64,000 bases of DNA from Eledone cirrhosa (lineage: Eukaryota). Position numbers and translations under genes: made by a program. How positions within the stretch are numbered: the first letter of the stretch is position 1; every line of letters starts with the position of its first letter. The stretch is from positions 1,736,001 through 1,800,000 of the forward strand of contig OZ024741.1 of NCBI GenBank assembly GCA_964016885.1, written 5' to 3'. This document shows, piece after piece, positions 40,401-55,400 of this stretch. The notes under the pieces were generated by a model. It worked only from the letters and a program-made list of their open reading frames with translations. It was not told the origin of the DNA and made no database searches.

Positions 40401-43400
40401 TTACGTGTCCTGGCTATATTGGTATATAGTATATAGACTGGTGTTACTCTGTCCTGGGTACATTGGTATATAGTATATTGACTGGTGTTACCTCTCCATG
40501 GTATGTTGGTATATAGTATATAGACTGGTGCTACCTGTCCTGGTTATATTGGTATATAGTATATAGCCTGGTGTTACCTGTCCTGGGTATATTGGTATAT
40601 AGTATATAGACTGGTGTTACCTCTACGGGCTATATTGGTATATTGTATATAGACTGTTGTTATCTGTCCTGGGTATATTGGTATATAGTATATAGACAGC
40701 TGTTACCTTTCCTGGGTACATTGGTATATAGTATATAGACTGCTGTTACCCGACCCTGGTATATTCGTATATAGTATATAGACTGGTGTTACCTGTCCTG
40801 GATATATTGGTATATCGTATACAGTCTGGTGTTACCTGTCCTCGGTATATTGGTATATAGTATATAGACTGGTGTTACATCTCCTGGGTATATTGGTATA
40901 TATTATATAGACTGGTGTTACATGTCCTGGGTATATTGGAATATAGTATATAGACTGGTGTTACTTTTCCCTGGTATATTGGTATATAGTATATAGACTG
41001 GTGTTACCTGTCCTGGGTATATTGGTATATAGTATATAGACTGGTGTTACCTGTCCAGGGTATATTGGTATATTGGTATATAGTATATATACTGGTGTTA
41101 CCTCCCCCTTTTATATTGGTATATAGTATATAGTCTAGTGTTACCTGTCCTAGGTATATTGGTATATAGTATATAGACTGGTGTTACCTGTCCTGGGTAT
41201 ATTGGTATATAGTATATATACTGGTGTTACCTGTCCTGGGTATATTGTTATATAATATATAGACTGGTGTTACCTCTCCCTGGTATATTGGTATATAGTA
41301 TTTAGTCTGGTGTTACCTGTCCTCGGTATATTGGTATATAGTATATAGAGAGGTGTTACGTGTCCTGGCTATATTGGTATATAGTATATAGACTGGTGTT
41401 ACTCTGTCCTGGGTACATTGGTATATAGTATATTGACTGGTGTTACCTCTCCATGGTATGTTGGTATATATTATATAGACTGGTGTTACCTGTCCTGGTT
41501 ATATTGGTATATAGTATATAGCCTGGTGTTACCTGTCCTGGGTATATTGGTATATAGTATATAGACTGGTGTTACCTCTACGGGGTATATTGGTATATTG
41601 TATATAGACTGTTGTTATCTGTCCTGGATATATTGGTATATAGTATATAGACTGGTGTTACCTGTCTTGGGTATATTGTTATATAGTATATAGACTGGTG
41701 TTACCTGTCCTGGGTATATTGGTATATAGTATATAGACTGGTGTTACCTCGCCTGGGTATATTGGTATATAGCATATAGACTGGTGTTACCTCTCCTGGG
41801 TATATTGGTATATAATATATAGACTGGTGTTACCTGTCCTGGGTATATTGTTATATATTATATAGACTCGTGTTACCTGTCCTGGATATATTGGTATATA
41901 GTATATAGACTGGGGTTACCTGACCTGGTCATATTGGTATATGGTATATAGACTGGTTTTACCTGTCCTGGGTATATTGGTATATAGTATATAGACTGCT
42001 GTTACCCGACCCTGGTATATTCGTATATAGTATATAGACTGGTGTTACCTCTCCTGGGTATATTGGTATATTTTATATTGACTGGTGTTACCTGTCCTGG
42101 GTATATTGGTATATAGTATATAGACTGGTGTTACCTCTCCTGGGTATATTGGTATATAGTATATAGACTGTTGTTACCTGTATGGATATATTAGTATATA
42201 GTATATAGACTGGTGTTATATTCTCCTGGGTATAATGATATATAGTATATAGACAGGTTTTACATCTGCTGGGTATATTGCTATATAGTATATAGACTGC
42301 TGTTACCTGTCCTGGGTATATTGGTATATAGTATATAGACTGGTGTTACCTGTCCTGGGTATATTGGTATATAGTATATAGACTGCTGTTACCTATCCTG
42401 GGTATATTGGTATATAGTATATAGACTGGTGTTACCTCTCCTGGGTATATTGGTATATAGTATATAGACTGGTGTTACCTCGCCTGGGTATATTGGTATA
42501 TAGTATATAGACTGGTGTTACTTCTCCTGGGTATATTGGTATATAGTACATAGACTGGTGTTACCTGTCCTGGGTATATTGGTATATAGTATATAGACTG
42601 GTGTTTCCTGTCCTGGGTATATTGGTATATAGTAGAAAAACTGGTGTTACCTCTCCTGGGTATATTGGTATATAGTATATAGACTGGTGTTACCTCGCCT
42701 GGGTATATTGGTATATAGTATATAGACTGGTGTTACCTCTACTGGGTATATTGGTATATAGTATATACACTGGTTTTACCTGTCCTGGGTATATTGGTAT
42801 GTAGTATATAGACTTGTGTTACCTGTCCTTGGTATATTGGTATATAGTATATACACTGCTGTTACCTGTCCTGCGTATATTGGTATATAGTATAGAGACT
42901 GGTGTTACCCTCTCCTGGGTATATTGGTATACAGTATATAGACTGGTATAACATCTCCAGGGTATAATGGTATATATTATATATACTGGGGTTACCTGTC
43001 CTGGGTATATTGGTATATAGTATATAGACTGTTGTTACCCCTCCTGGGTATATTGGTATATAGTATATAGACTGGTGTTACCTGTGCTGGGTATATTGGT
43101 TTATAGTATATAGACTGGTGTTACCCTGTCCTGGGTATATTGGTATATAGTATATAGACTGGTGTTACCTCTCCTGGGTATATTGGTATATAGTATATAG
43201 ACTGGTGTTACCTGTCCTGGGTATATTGGTATATAGTATATAGACTGGTGTTACCCTGTCCTGGGAATATTGGTATATAGTATATAGGCTGGTGTTACCT
43301 CTCCTGGTATATTGGTATATAGCATATAGACTGGTGTTACCTCTCCTGGGTATATCGGTATATAGTATATAGACTGGTGTTACCTGTCCTGGGTATATTG

Positions 43401-46400
43401 CTATATAGTATATAGACTGGTGTTACTTCTCCCAGGGATATTGGTATATAGTATATAGAATGGTTTTACATTTCCTGGGTATATTGTTATATAGTATATA
43501 GACTGGTGTTACCTGACCTGGGTATATTGGTATATAGTATATAGACTTGGATTACCTGTCCTGGTTATATTGGTATATAGTATTTAGACAGGTGTTACCT
43601 CTCACAGGTATATTGGTATATAGTATATAGACTGGTGCTACGTCTCCTGGGTATATTGGTATATAGTACATAGACTGGTGTTACCCTGTACTGGGTATAT
43701 TGGTATATAGCATATAGACTGGTTTTACCTCTCCTGGGTATATTGGTATATAGTATATAGACAGGTGTTACCTCTCCCAGGTGTATTGGTTTATAGCATA
43801 TAGGCTGGTGTAACCTGTCCTGGGCATATTGGTATGTAGTATATAGACAAGTGTTACCCCTTCTGGGTATATTGGTATATAGTATATAGACTGGTGTTAC
43901 CTCTCCTGGGTATATTGGTATATAGTATATAGACTGGTGTTACCTCGCCTGGGTATATTGGTATATAGTATATAGACTGGTGTTACCTGTCCTGGGTATA
44001 TTGTTATATATTATATAGACTCGTGTTACCTGTCCTGGATATATTGGTATATAGTATATAGACTGGGGTTACCTGTCCTGGTTATATTGGTATATGGTAT
44101 ATAGACTGGTTTTACATGTCCTGGGTATATTGGTATATAGTATATAGACTGCTGTTACCCGACCCTGGTATATTCGTATATAGTATATAGACTGGTGTTA
44201 CCTGTCCTGGTTATATTGTTATATAATATATAGACTGGTGTTACCTCTCCCTGGTATATTGGTATATAGTATATAGTCTGGTGTTACCTGTCCTCGGTAT
44301 ATTGGTATATAGTATATAGAGAGGTGTTACGTGTCCTGGCTATATTGGTATATAGTATATAGACTGGTGTTACTCTGTCCTGGGTACATTGGTGTATAGT
44401 ATATTGACTGGTGTTACCTCTCCATGGTATGTTGGTATATAGTATATAGACTGGTGTTACCTGTCCTGGTTATATTGGTATATAGTATATAGCCTGGTGT
44501 TACCTGTCCTGGGTATATTGGTATATAGTATATAGACTGGTGTTACCTCTACGGGCTATATTGGTATATTGTATATAGACTGTTGTTATCTGTCCTGGGT
44601 ATATTGGTATATAGTATATAGACAGCTGTTACCTTTCCTGGGTATATTGGTATATAGTATATAGACTGCTGTTACCCGTCCCTGGTATATTCGTATATAG
44701 TATATAGACTGGTGTTACCTGTCCTGGATATATTGGTATATAGTATATAGTCTGGTGTTACCTGTCCTCGGTATATTGGTATATAGTATATAGACTGGTG
44801 TTACATCTCCTGGGTATATTGGTATATATTATATAGACTGGTGTTACTTGTCCTGGGTATATTGGAATATAGTATATAGACTGGTGTTACTTCTCCCTGG
44901 TATATTGGTATATAGTATATAGACTGGTGTTACCTGTCCTGGGTATATTGGTATATAGTATATAGACTGGTGTTACCTGTCCTGGGTATATTGGTATATT
45001 GGTATATAGTATATAGACTGGTGTTACCTCTCCCTTTTATATTGGTATATAGTATATAGTCTAGTGTTACCTGTCCTAGGTATATTGGTATATAGTATAT
45101 AGACTGGTGTTACCTGTCCTGGGTATATTGGTATATAGTATATATACTGGTGTTACCTGTCCTGGGTATATTGTTATATAATATATAGACTGGTGTTACC
45201 TCTCCCTGGTATATTGGTATATAGTATTTAGTCTGGTGTTACCTGTCCTCGGTATATTGGTATATAGTATATAGAGAGGTGTTACGTGTCCTGGCTATAT
45301 TGGTATATAGTATATAGACTGGTGTTACTCTGTCCTGGGTACATTGGTATATAGTATATTGACTGGTGTTACCTCTCCATGGTATGTTGGTATATATTAT
45401 ATAGACTGGTGTTACCTGTCCTGGTTATATTGGTATATAGTATATAGCCTAGTGTTACCTGTCCTGGGTATATTGGTATATAGTATATAGACTGGTGTTA
45501 CCTCTACGGGGTATATTGGTATATTGTATATAGACTGTTGTTATCTGTCCTGGATATATTGGTATATAGTATATAGACTGGTGTTACCTGTCTTGGGTAT
45601 ATTGTTATATAGTATATAGACTGGTGTTACCTGTCCTGGGTATATTGGTATATAGTATATAGACTGGTGTTACCTCGCCTGGGTATATTGGTATATAGCA
45701 TATAGACTGGTGTTACCTCTCCTGGGTATATTGGTATATAATATATAGACTGGTGTTACCTGTCCTGGGTATATTGTTATATATTATATAGACTCGTGTT
45801 ACCTGTCCTGGATATATTGGTATATAGTATATAGACTGGGGTTACCTGACCTGGTCATATTGGTATATGGTATATAGACTGGTTTTACCTGTCCTGGGTA
45901 TATTGGTATATAGTATATAGACTGCTGTTACCCGACCCTGGTATATTCGTATATAGTATATAGACTGGTGTTACCTCTCCTGGGTATATTGGTATATAGT
46001 ATATCGACTGGTGTTACCTGTCCTGGGTATACTGGTATATAGTATATAGACTGGTGTTACCTCGCTTGGGTATATTGGTATATAGTATATAGACTAGTGT
46101 TACCTCTCCTGGGTATATTGGTATATAGTATATAGACTGGTGTTACCTGTCTTGGGTATATTGGTATATAGTATATAGACTGGTGTTACCTGTCCTGGGT
46201 ATATTGGTATATAGTATATAGACTGCTGTTACCTGTCCTGGGTATATTGGTATATAGTATATAGACTGGGGTTACCTATCCTGGGTATATTGTATATAGT
46301 ATATAGACTCGTGTTACCTCTATTGGTATATTGGTTTATAGTATATAGACTGGTGTTATCTGTCCTGGATATATTGGTATATTGTATATAGACTGGTGTT

Positions 46401-49400
46401 ACCTCTCCTGGGTATATTGGTATATTTTATATTGACTGGTGTTACCTGTCCTGGGTATATTGGTATATAGTATATAGACTGGTGTTACCTCTCCTGGGTA
46501 TATTGGTATATAGTATATAGACTGTTGTTACCTGTATGGATATATTAGTATATAGTATATAGACTGGTGTTATATTCTCCTGGGTATAATGATATATAGT
46601 ATATAGACAGGTTTTACATCTGCTGGGTATATTGCTATATAGTATATAGACTGCTGTTACCTGTCCTGGGTATATTGGTATATAGTATATAGACTGGTGT
46701 TACCTGTCCTGGGTATATTGGTATATAGTATATAGACTGCTGTTACCTATCCTGGGTATATTGGTATATAGTATATAGACTGGTGTTACTTCTCCTGGGT
46801 ATATTGGTATATAGTATATAGACTGGTGTTACCTCGCCTGGGTATATTGGTATATAGTATATAGACTGGTGTTACTTCTCCTGGGTATATTGGTATATAG
46901 TACATAGACTGGTGTTACCTGTCCTGGGTATATTGGTATATAGTATATAGACTGGTGTTTCCTGTCCTGGGTATATTGGTATATAGTAGAAAAACTGGTG
47001 TTACCTCTCCTGGGTATATTGGTATATAGTATATAGACTGGTGTTACCTCGCCTGGGTATATTGGTATATAGTATATAGACTGGTGTTACCTCTACTGGG
47101 TATATTGGTATATAGTATATACACTGGTTTTACCTGTCCTGGGTATATTGGTATGTAGTATATAGACTTGTGTTACCTGTCCTTGGTATATTGGTATATA
47201 GTATATACACTGCTGTTACCTGTCCTGCGTATATTGGTATATAGTATAGAGACTGGTGTTACCCTCTCCTGGGTATATTGGTATACAGTATATAGACTGG
47301 TATAACATCTCCAGGGTATAATGGTATATATTATATATACTGGGGTTACCTGTCCTGGGTATATTGGTATATAGTATATAGACTGTTGTTACCCCTCCTG
47401 GGTATATTGGTATATAGTATATAGACTGGTGTTACCTGTGCTGGGTATATTGGTTTATAGTATATAGACTGGTGTTACCCTGTCCTGGGTATATTGGTAT
47501 ATAGTATATAGACTGGTGTTACCTCTCCTGGGTATATTGGTATATAGTATATAGACTGGTGTTACCTGTCCTGGGTATATTGGTATATAGTATATAGACT
47601 GGTGTTACCCTGTCCTGGGAATATTGGTATATAGTATATAGGCTGGTGTTACCTCTCCTGGTATATTGGTATATAGCATATAGACTGGTGTTACCTCTCC
47701 TGGGTATATCGGTATATAGTATATAGACTGGTGTTACCTGTCCTGGGTATATTGCTATATAGTATATAGACTGGTGTTACTTCTCCCAGGGATATTGGTA
47801 TATAGTATATAGAATGGTTTTACATTTCCTGGGTATATTGTTATATAGTATATAGACTGGTGTTACCTGACCTGGGTATATTGGTATATAGTATATAGAC
47901 TTGGATTACCTGTCCTGGTTATATTGGTATATAGTATTTAGACAGGTGTTACCTCTCACAGGTATATTGGTATATAGTATATAGACTGGTGCTACGTCTC
48001 CTGGGTATATTGGTATATAGTACATAGACTGGTGTTACCCTGTACTGGGTATATTGGTATATAGCATATAGACTGGTTTTACCTCTCCTGGGTATATTGG
48101 TATATAGTATATAGACAGGTGTTACCTCTCCCAGGTGTATTGGTTTATAGCATATAGGCTGGTGTAACCTGTCCTGGGCATATTGGTATGTAGTATATAG
48201 ACAAGTGTTACCCCTTCTGGGTATATTGGTATATAGTATATAGACTGGTGTTACCTCTCCTGGGTATATTGGTATATAGTATATAGACTGGTGTTACCTC
48301 GCCTGGGTATATTGGTATATAGTATATAGACTGGTGTTACCTGTCCTGGGTATATTGTTATATATTATATAGACTCGTGTTACCTGTCCTGGATATATTG
48401 GTATATAGTATATAGACTGGGGTTACCTGTCCTGGTTATATTGGTATATGGTATATAGACTGGTTTTACATGTCCTGGGTATATTGGTATATAGTATATA
48501 GACTGCTGTTACCCGACCCTGGTATATTCGTATATAGTATATAGACTGGTGTTACCTGTCCTGGTTATATTGTTATATAATATATAGACTGGTGTTACCT
48601 CTCCCTGGTATATTGGTATATAGTATATAGTCTGGTGTTACCTGTCCTCGGTATATTGGTATATAGTATATAGAGAGGTGTTACGTGTCCTGGCTATATT
48701 GGTATATAGTATATAGACTGGTGTTACTCTGTCCTGGGTACATTGGTGTATAGTATATTGACTGGTGTTACCTCTCCATGGTATGTTGGTATATAGTATA
48801 TAGACTGGTGTTACCTGTTCTGGTTATATTGGTATATAGTATATAGCCTGGTGTTACCTGTCCTGGGTATATTGGTATATAGTATATAGACTGGTGTTAC
48901 CTCTACGGGCTATATTGGTATATTGTATATAGACTGTTGTTATCTGTCCTGGGTATATTGGTATATAGTATATAGACAGCTGTTACCTTTCCTGGGTATA
49001 TTGGTATATAGTATATAGACTGCTGTTACCCGTCCCTGGTATATTCGTATATAGTATATAGACTGGTGTTACCTGTCCTGGATATATTGGTATATAGTAT
49101 ATAGTCTGGTGTTACCTGTCCTCGGTATATTGGTATATAGTATATATACTGGTGTTACATCTCCTGGGTATATTGGTATATATTATATAGACTGGTGTTA
49201 CTTGTCCTGGGTATATTGGAATATAGTATATAGACTGGTGTTACTTCTCCCTGGTATATTGGTATATAGTATATAGACTGGTGTTACCTGTCCTGGGTAT
49301 ATTGGTATATAGTATATAGACTGGTGTTACCTGTCCTGGGTATATTGGTATATTGGTATATAGTATATAGACTGGTGTTACCTCTCCCTTTTATATTGAT

Positions 49401-52400
49401 ATATAGTATATAGTCTAGTGTTACCTGTCCTAGGTATATTGGTATATAGTATATAGACTGGTGTTACCTGTCCTGGGTATATTGGTATATAGTATATATA
49501 CTGGTGTTACCTGTCCTGGGTATATTGTTATATAATATATTGACTGGTGTTACCTCTCCCTGTTATATTGGTATATAGTATATAGTCTGGTGTTACCTGT
49601 CCTCGGTATATTGGTATATAGTATATATAGAGGTGTTACGTGTCCTGGCTATATTGGTATATAGTATATAGACTGGTGTTACTCTGTCCTGGGTACATTG
49701 GTATATAGTATATTGACTGGTGTTACCTCTCCATGGTATGTTGGTATATAGTATATAGACTGGTGCTACCTGTCCTGGTTATATTGGTATATAGTATATA
49801 GCCTGGTGTTACCTGTCCTGGGTATATTGGTATATAGTATATAGACTGGTGTTACCTCTACGGGCTATATTGGTATATTGTATATAGACTGTTGTTATCT
49901 GTCCTGGGTATATTGGTATATAGTATATAGACAGCTGTTACCTTTCCTGGGTACATTGGTATATAGTATATAGACTGCTGTTACCCGACCCTGGTGTATT
50001 CGTATATAGTATATAGACTGGTGTTACCTGTCCTGGATATATTGGTATATCGTATACAGTCTGGTGTTACCTGTCCTCGGTATATTGGTATATAGTATAT
50101 AGACTGGTGTTACATCTCCTGGGTATATTGGTATATATTATATAGACTGGTGTTACATGTCCTGGGTATATTGGAATATAGTATATAGACTGGTGTTACT
50201 TTTCCCTGGTATATTGGTATATAGTATATAGACTGGTGTTACCTGTCCTGGGTATATTGGTATATAGTATATAGACTGGTGTTACCTGTCCAGGGTATAT
50301 TGGTATATTGGTATATAGTATATATACTGGTGTTACCTCCCCCTTTTATATTGGTATATAGTATATAGTCTAGTGTTACCTGTCCTAGGTATATTGGTAT
50401 ATAGTATATAGACTGGTGTTACCTGTCCTGGGTATATTGGTATATAGTATATATACTGGTGTTACCTGTCCTGGGTATATTGTTATATAATATATAGACT
50501 GGTGTTACCTCTCCCTGGTATATTGGTATATAGTATATAGTCTGGTGTTACCTGTCCTCGGTATATTGGTATATAGTATATAGACTGGTGTTACATCTCC
50601 TGGGTATATTGGTATATATTATATAGACTGGTGTTACTTGTCCTGGGTATATTGGAATATAGTATATAGACTGGTGTTACTTCTCCCTGGTATATTGGTA
50701 TATAGTATATAGACTGGTGTTACCTGTCCTGGGTATATTGGTATATAGTATATAGACTGGTGTTACCTGTCCTGGGTATATTGGTATATTGGTATATAGT
50801 ATATAGACTGGTGTTACCTCTCCCTTTTATATTGGTATATAGTATATAGTCTAGTGTTACCTGTCCTAGGTATATTGGTATATAGTATATAGACTGGTGT
50901 TACCTGTCCTGGGTATATTGGTATATAGTATATATACTGGTGTTACCTGTCCTGGGTATATTGTTATATAATATATAGACTGGTGTTACCTCTCCCTGGT
51001 ATATTGGTATATAGTATTTAGTCTGGTGTTACCTGTCCTCGGTATATTGGTATATAGTATATAGAGAGGTGTTACGTGTCCTGGCTATATTGGTATATAG
51101 TATATAGACTGGTGTTACTCTGTCCTGGGTACATTGGTATATAGTATATTGACTGGTGTTACCTCTCCATGGTATGTTGGTATATATTATATAGACTGGT
51201 GTTACCTGTCCTGGTTATATTGGTATATAGTATATAGCCTGGTGTTACCTGTCCTGGGTATATTGGTATATAGTATATAGACTGGTGTTACCTCTACGGG
51301 GTATATTGGTATATTGTATATAGACTGTTGTTATCTGTCCTGGATATATTGGTATATAGTATATAGACTGGTGTTACCTGTCTTGGGTATATTGTTATAT
51401 AGTATATAGACTGGTGTTACCTGTCCTGGGTATATTGGTATATAGTATATAGACTGGTGTTACCTCGCCTGGGTATATTGGTATATAGCATATAGACTGG
51501 TGTTACCTCTCCTGGGTATATTGGTATATAATATATAGACTGGTGTTACCTGTCCTGGGTATATTGTTATATATTATATAGACTCGTGTTACCTGTCCTG
51601 GATATATTGGTATATAGTATATAGACTGGGGTTACCTGACCTGGTCATATTGGTATATGGTATATAGACTGGTTTTACCTGTCCTGGGTATATTGGTATA
51701 TAGTATATAGACTGCTGTTACCCGACCCTGGTATATTCGTATATAGTATATAGACTGGTGTTACCTCTCCTGGGTATATTGGTATATAGTATATCGACTG
51801 GTGTTACCTGTCCTGGGTATACTGGTATATAGTATATAGACTGGTGTTACCTCGCTTGGGTATATTGGTATATAGTATATAGACTAGTGTTACCTCTCCT
51901 GGGTATATTGGTATATAGTATATAGACTGGTGTTACCTGTCTTGGGTATATTGGTATATAGTATATAGACTGGTGTTACCTGTCCTGGGTATATTGGTAT
52001 ATAGTATATAGACTGCTGTTACCTGTCCTGGGTATATTGGTATATAGTATATAGACTGGGGTTACCTATCCTGGGTATATTGTATATAGTATATAGACTC
52101 GTGTTACCTCTATTGGTATATTGGTTTATAGTATATAGACTGGTGTTATCTGTCCTGGATATATTGGTATATTGTATATAGACTGGTGTTACCTCTCCTG
52201 GGTATATTGGTATATTTTATATTGACTGGTGTTACCTGTCCTGGGTATATTGGTATATAGTATATAGACTGGTGTTACCTCTCCTGGGTATATTGGTATA
52301 TAGTATATAGACTGTTGTTACCTGTATGGATATATTAGTATATAGTATATAGACTGGTGTTATATTCTCCTGGGTATAATGATATATAGTATATAGACAG

Positions 52401-55400
52401 GTTTTACATCTGCTGGGTATATTGCTATATAGTATATAGACTGCTGTTACCTGTCCTGGGTATATTGGTATATAGTATATAGACTGGTGTTACCTGTCCT
52501 GGGTATATTGGTATATAGTATATAGACTGCTGTTACCTATCCTGGGTATATTGGTATATAGTATATAGACTGGTGTTACTTCTCCTGGGTATATTGGTAT
52601 ATAGTATATAGACTGGTGTTACCTCGCCTGGGTATATTGGTATATAGTATATAGACTGGTGTTACTTCTCCTGGGTATATTGGTATATAGTACATAGACT
52701 GGTGTTACCTGTCCTGGGTATATTGGTATATAGTATATAGACTGGTGTTTCCTGTCCTGGGTATATTGGTATATAGTAGAAAAACTGGTGTTACCTCTCC
52801 TGGGTATATTGGTATATAGTATATAGACTGGTGTTACCTCTACTGGGTATATTGGTATATAGTATATACACTGGTTTTACCTGTCCTGGGTATATTGGTA
52901 TGTAGTATATAGACTTGTGTTACCTGTCCTTGGTATATTGGTATATAGTATATACACTGCTGTTACCTGTCCTGCGTATATTGGTATATAGTATAGAGAC
53001 TGGTGTTACCCTCTCCTGGGTATATTGGTATACAGTATATAGACTGGTATAACATCTCCAGGGTATAATGGTATATATTATATATACTGGGGTTACCTGT
53101 CCTGGGTATATTGGTATATAGTATATAGACTGTTGTTACCCCTCCTGGGTATATTGGTATATAGTATATAGACTGGTGTTACCTGTGCTGGGTATATTGG
53201 TTTATAGTATATAGACTGGTGTTACCCTGTCCTGGGTATATTGGTATATAGTATATAGACTGGTGTTACCTCTCCTGGGTATATTGGTATATAGTATATA
53301 GACTGGTGTTACCTGTCCTGGGTATATTGGTATATAGTATATAGACTGGTGTTACCCTGTCCTGGGAATATTGGTATATAGTATATAGGCTGGTGTTACC
53401 TCTCCTGGTATATTGGTATATAGCATATAGACTGGTGTTACCTCTCCTGGGTATATCGGTATATAGTATATAGACTGGTGTTACCTGTCCTGGGTATATT
53501 GCTATATAGTATATAGACTGGTGTTACTTCTCCCAGGGATATTGGTATATAGTATATAGAATGGTTTTACATTTCCTGGGTATATTGTTATATAGTATAT
53601 AGACTGGTGTTACCTGACCTGGGTATATTGGTATATAGTATATAGACTTGGATTACCTGTCCTGGTTATATTGGTATATAGTATTTAGACAGGTGTTACC
53701 TCTCACAGGTATATTGGTATATAGTATATAGACTGGTGCTACGTCTCCTGGGTATATTGGTATATAGTACATAGACTGGTGTTACCCTGTACTGGGTATA
53801 TTGGTATATAGCATATAGACTGGTTTTACCTCTGCTGGGTATATTGGTATATAGTATATAGACAGGTGTTACCTCTCCCAGGTGTATTGGTTTATAGCAT
53901 ATAGGCTGGTGTAACCTGTCCTGGGCATATTGGTATGTAGTATATAGACAAGTGTTACCCCTTCTGGGTATATTGGTATATAGTATATAGACTGGTGTTA
54001 CCTCTCCTGGGTATATTGGTATATAGTATATAGACTGGTGTTACCTCGCCTGGGTATATTGGTATATAGTATATAGACTGGTGTTACCTGTCCTGGGTAT
54101 ATTGTTATATATTATATAGACTCGTGTTACCTGTCCTGGATATATTGGTATATAGTATATAGACTGGGGTTACCTGTCCTGGTTATATTGGTATATGGTA
54201 TATAGACTGGTTTTACATGTCCTGGGTATATTGGTATATAGTATATAGACTGCTGTTACCCGACCCTGGTATATTCGTATATAGTATATAGACTGGTGTT
54301 ACCTGTCCTGGTTATATTGTTATATAATATATAGACTGGTGTTACCTCTCCCTGGTATATTGGTATATAGTATATAGTCTGGTGTTACCTGTCCTCGGTA
54401 TATTGGTATATAGTATATAGAGAGGTGTTACGTGTCCTGGCTATATTGGTATATAGTATATAGACTGGTGTTACTCTGTCCTGGGTACATTGGTGTATAG
54501 TATATTGACTGGTGTTACCTCTCCATGGTATGTTGGTATATAGTATATAGACTGGTGTTACCTGTTCTGGTTATATTGGTATATAGTATATAGCCTGGTG
54601 TTACCTGTCCTGGGTATATTGGTATATAGTATATAGACTGGTGTTACCTCTACGGGCTATATTGGTATATTGTATATAGACTGTTGTTATCTGTCCTGGG
54701 TATATTGGTATATAGTATATAGACAGCTGTTACCTTTCCTGGGTATATTGGTATATAGTATATAGACTGCTGTTACCCGTCCCTGGTATATTCGTATATA
54801 GTATATAGACTGGTGTTACCTGTCCTGGATATATTGGTATATAGTATATAGTCTGGTGTTACCTGTCCTCGGTATATTGGTATATAGTATATATACTGGT
54901 GTTACATCTCCTGGGTATATTGGTATATATTATATAGACTGGTGTTACTTGTCCTGGGTATATTGGAATATAGTATATAGACTGGTGTTACTTCTCCCTG
55001 GTATATTGGTATATAGTATATAGACTGGTGTTACCTGTCCTGGGTATATTGGTATATAGTATATAGACTGGTGTTACCTGTCCTGGGTATATTGGTATAT
55101 TGGTATATAGTATATAGACTGGTGTTACCTCTCCCTTTTATATTGATATATAGTATATAGTCTAGTGTTACCTGTCCTAGGTATATTGGTATATAGTATA
55201 TAGACTGGTGTTACCTGTCCTGGGTATATTGGTATATAGTATATATACTGGTGTTACCTGTCCTGGGTATATTGTTATATAATATATTGACTGGTGTTAC
55301 CTCTCCCTGTTATATTGGTATATAGTATATAGTCTGGTGTTACCTGTCCTCGGTATATTGGTATATAGTATATATAGAGGTGTTACGTGTCCTGGCTATA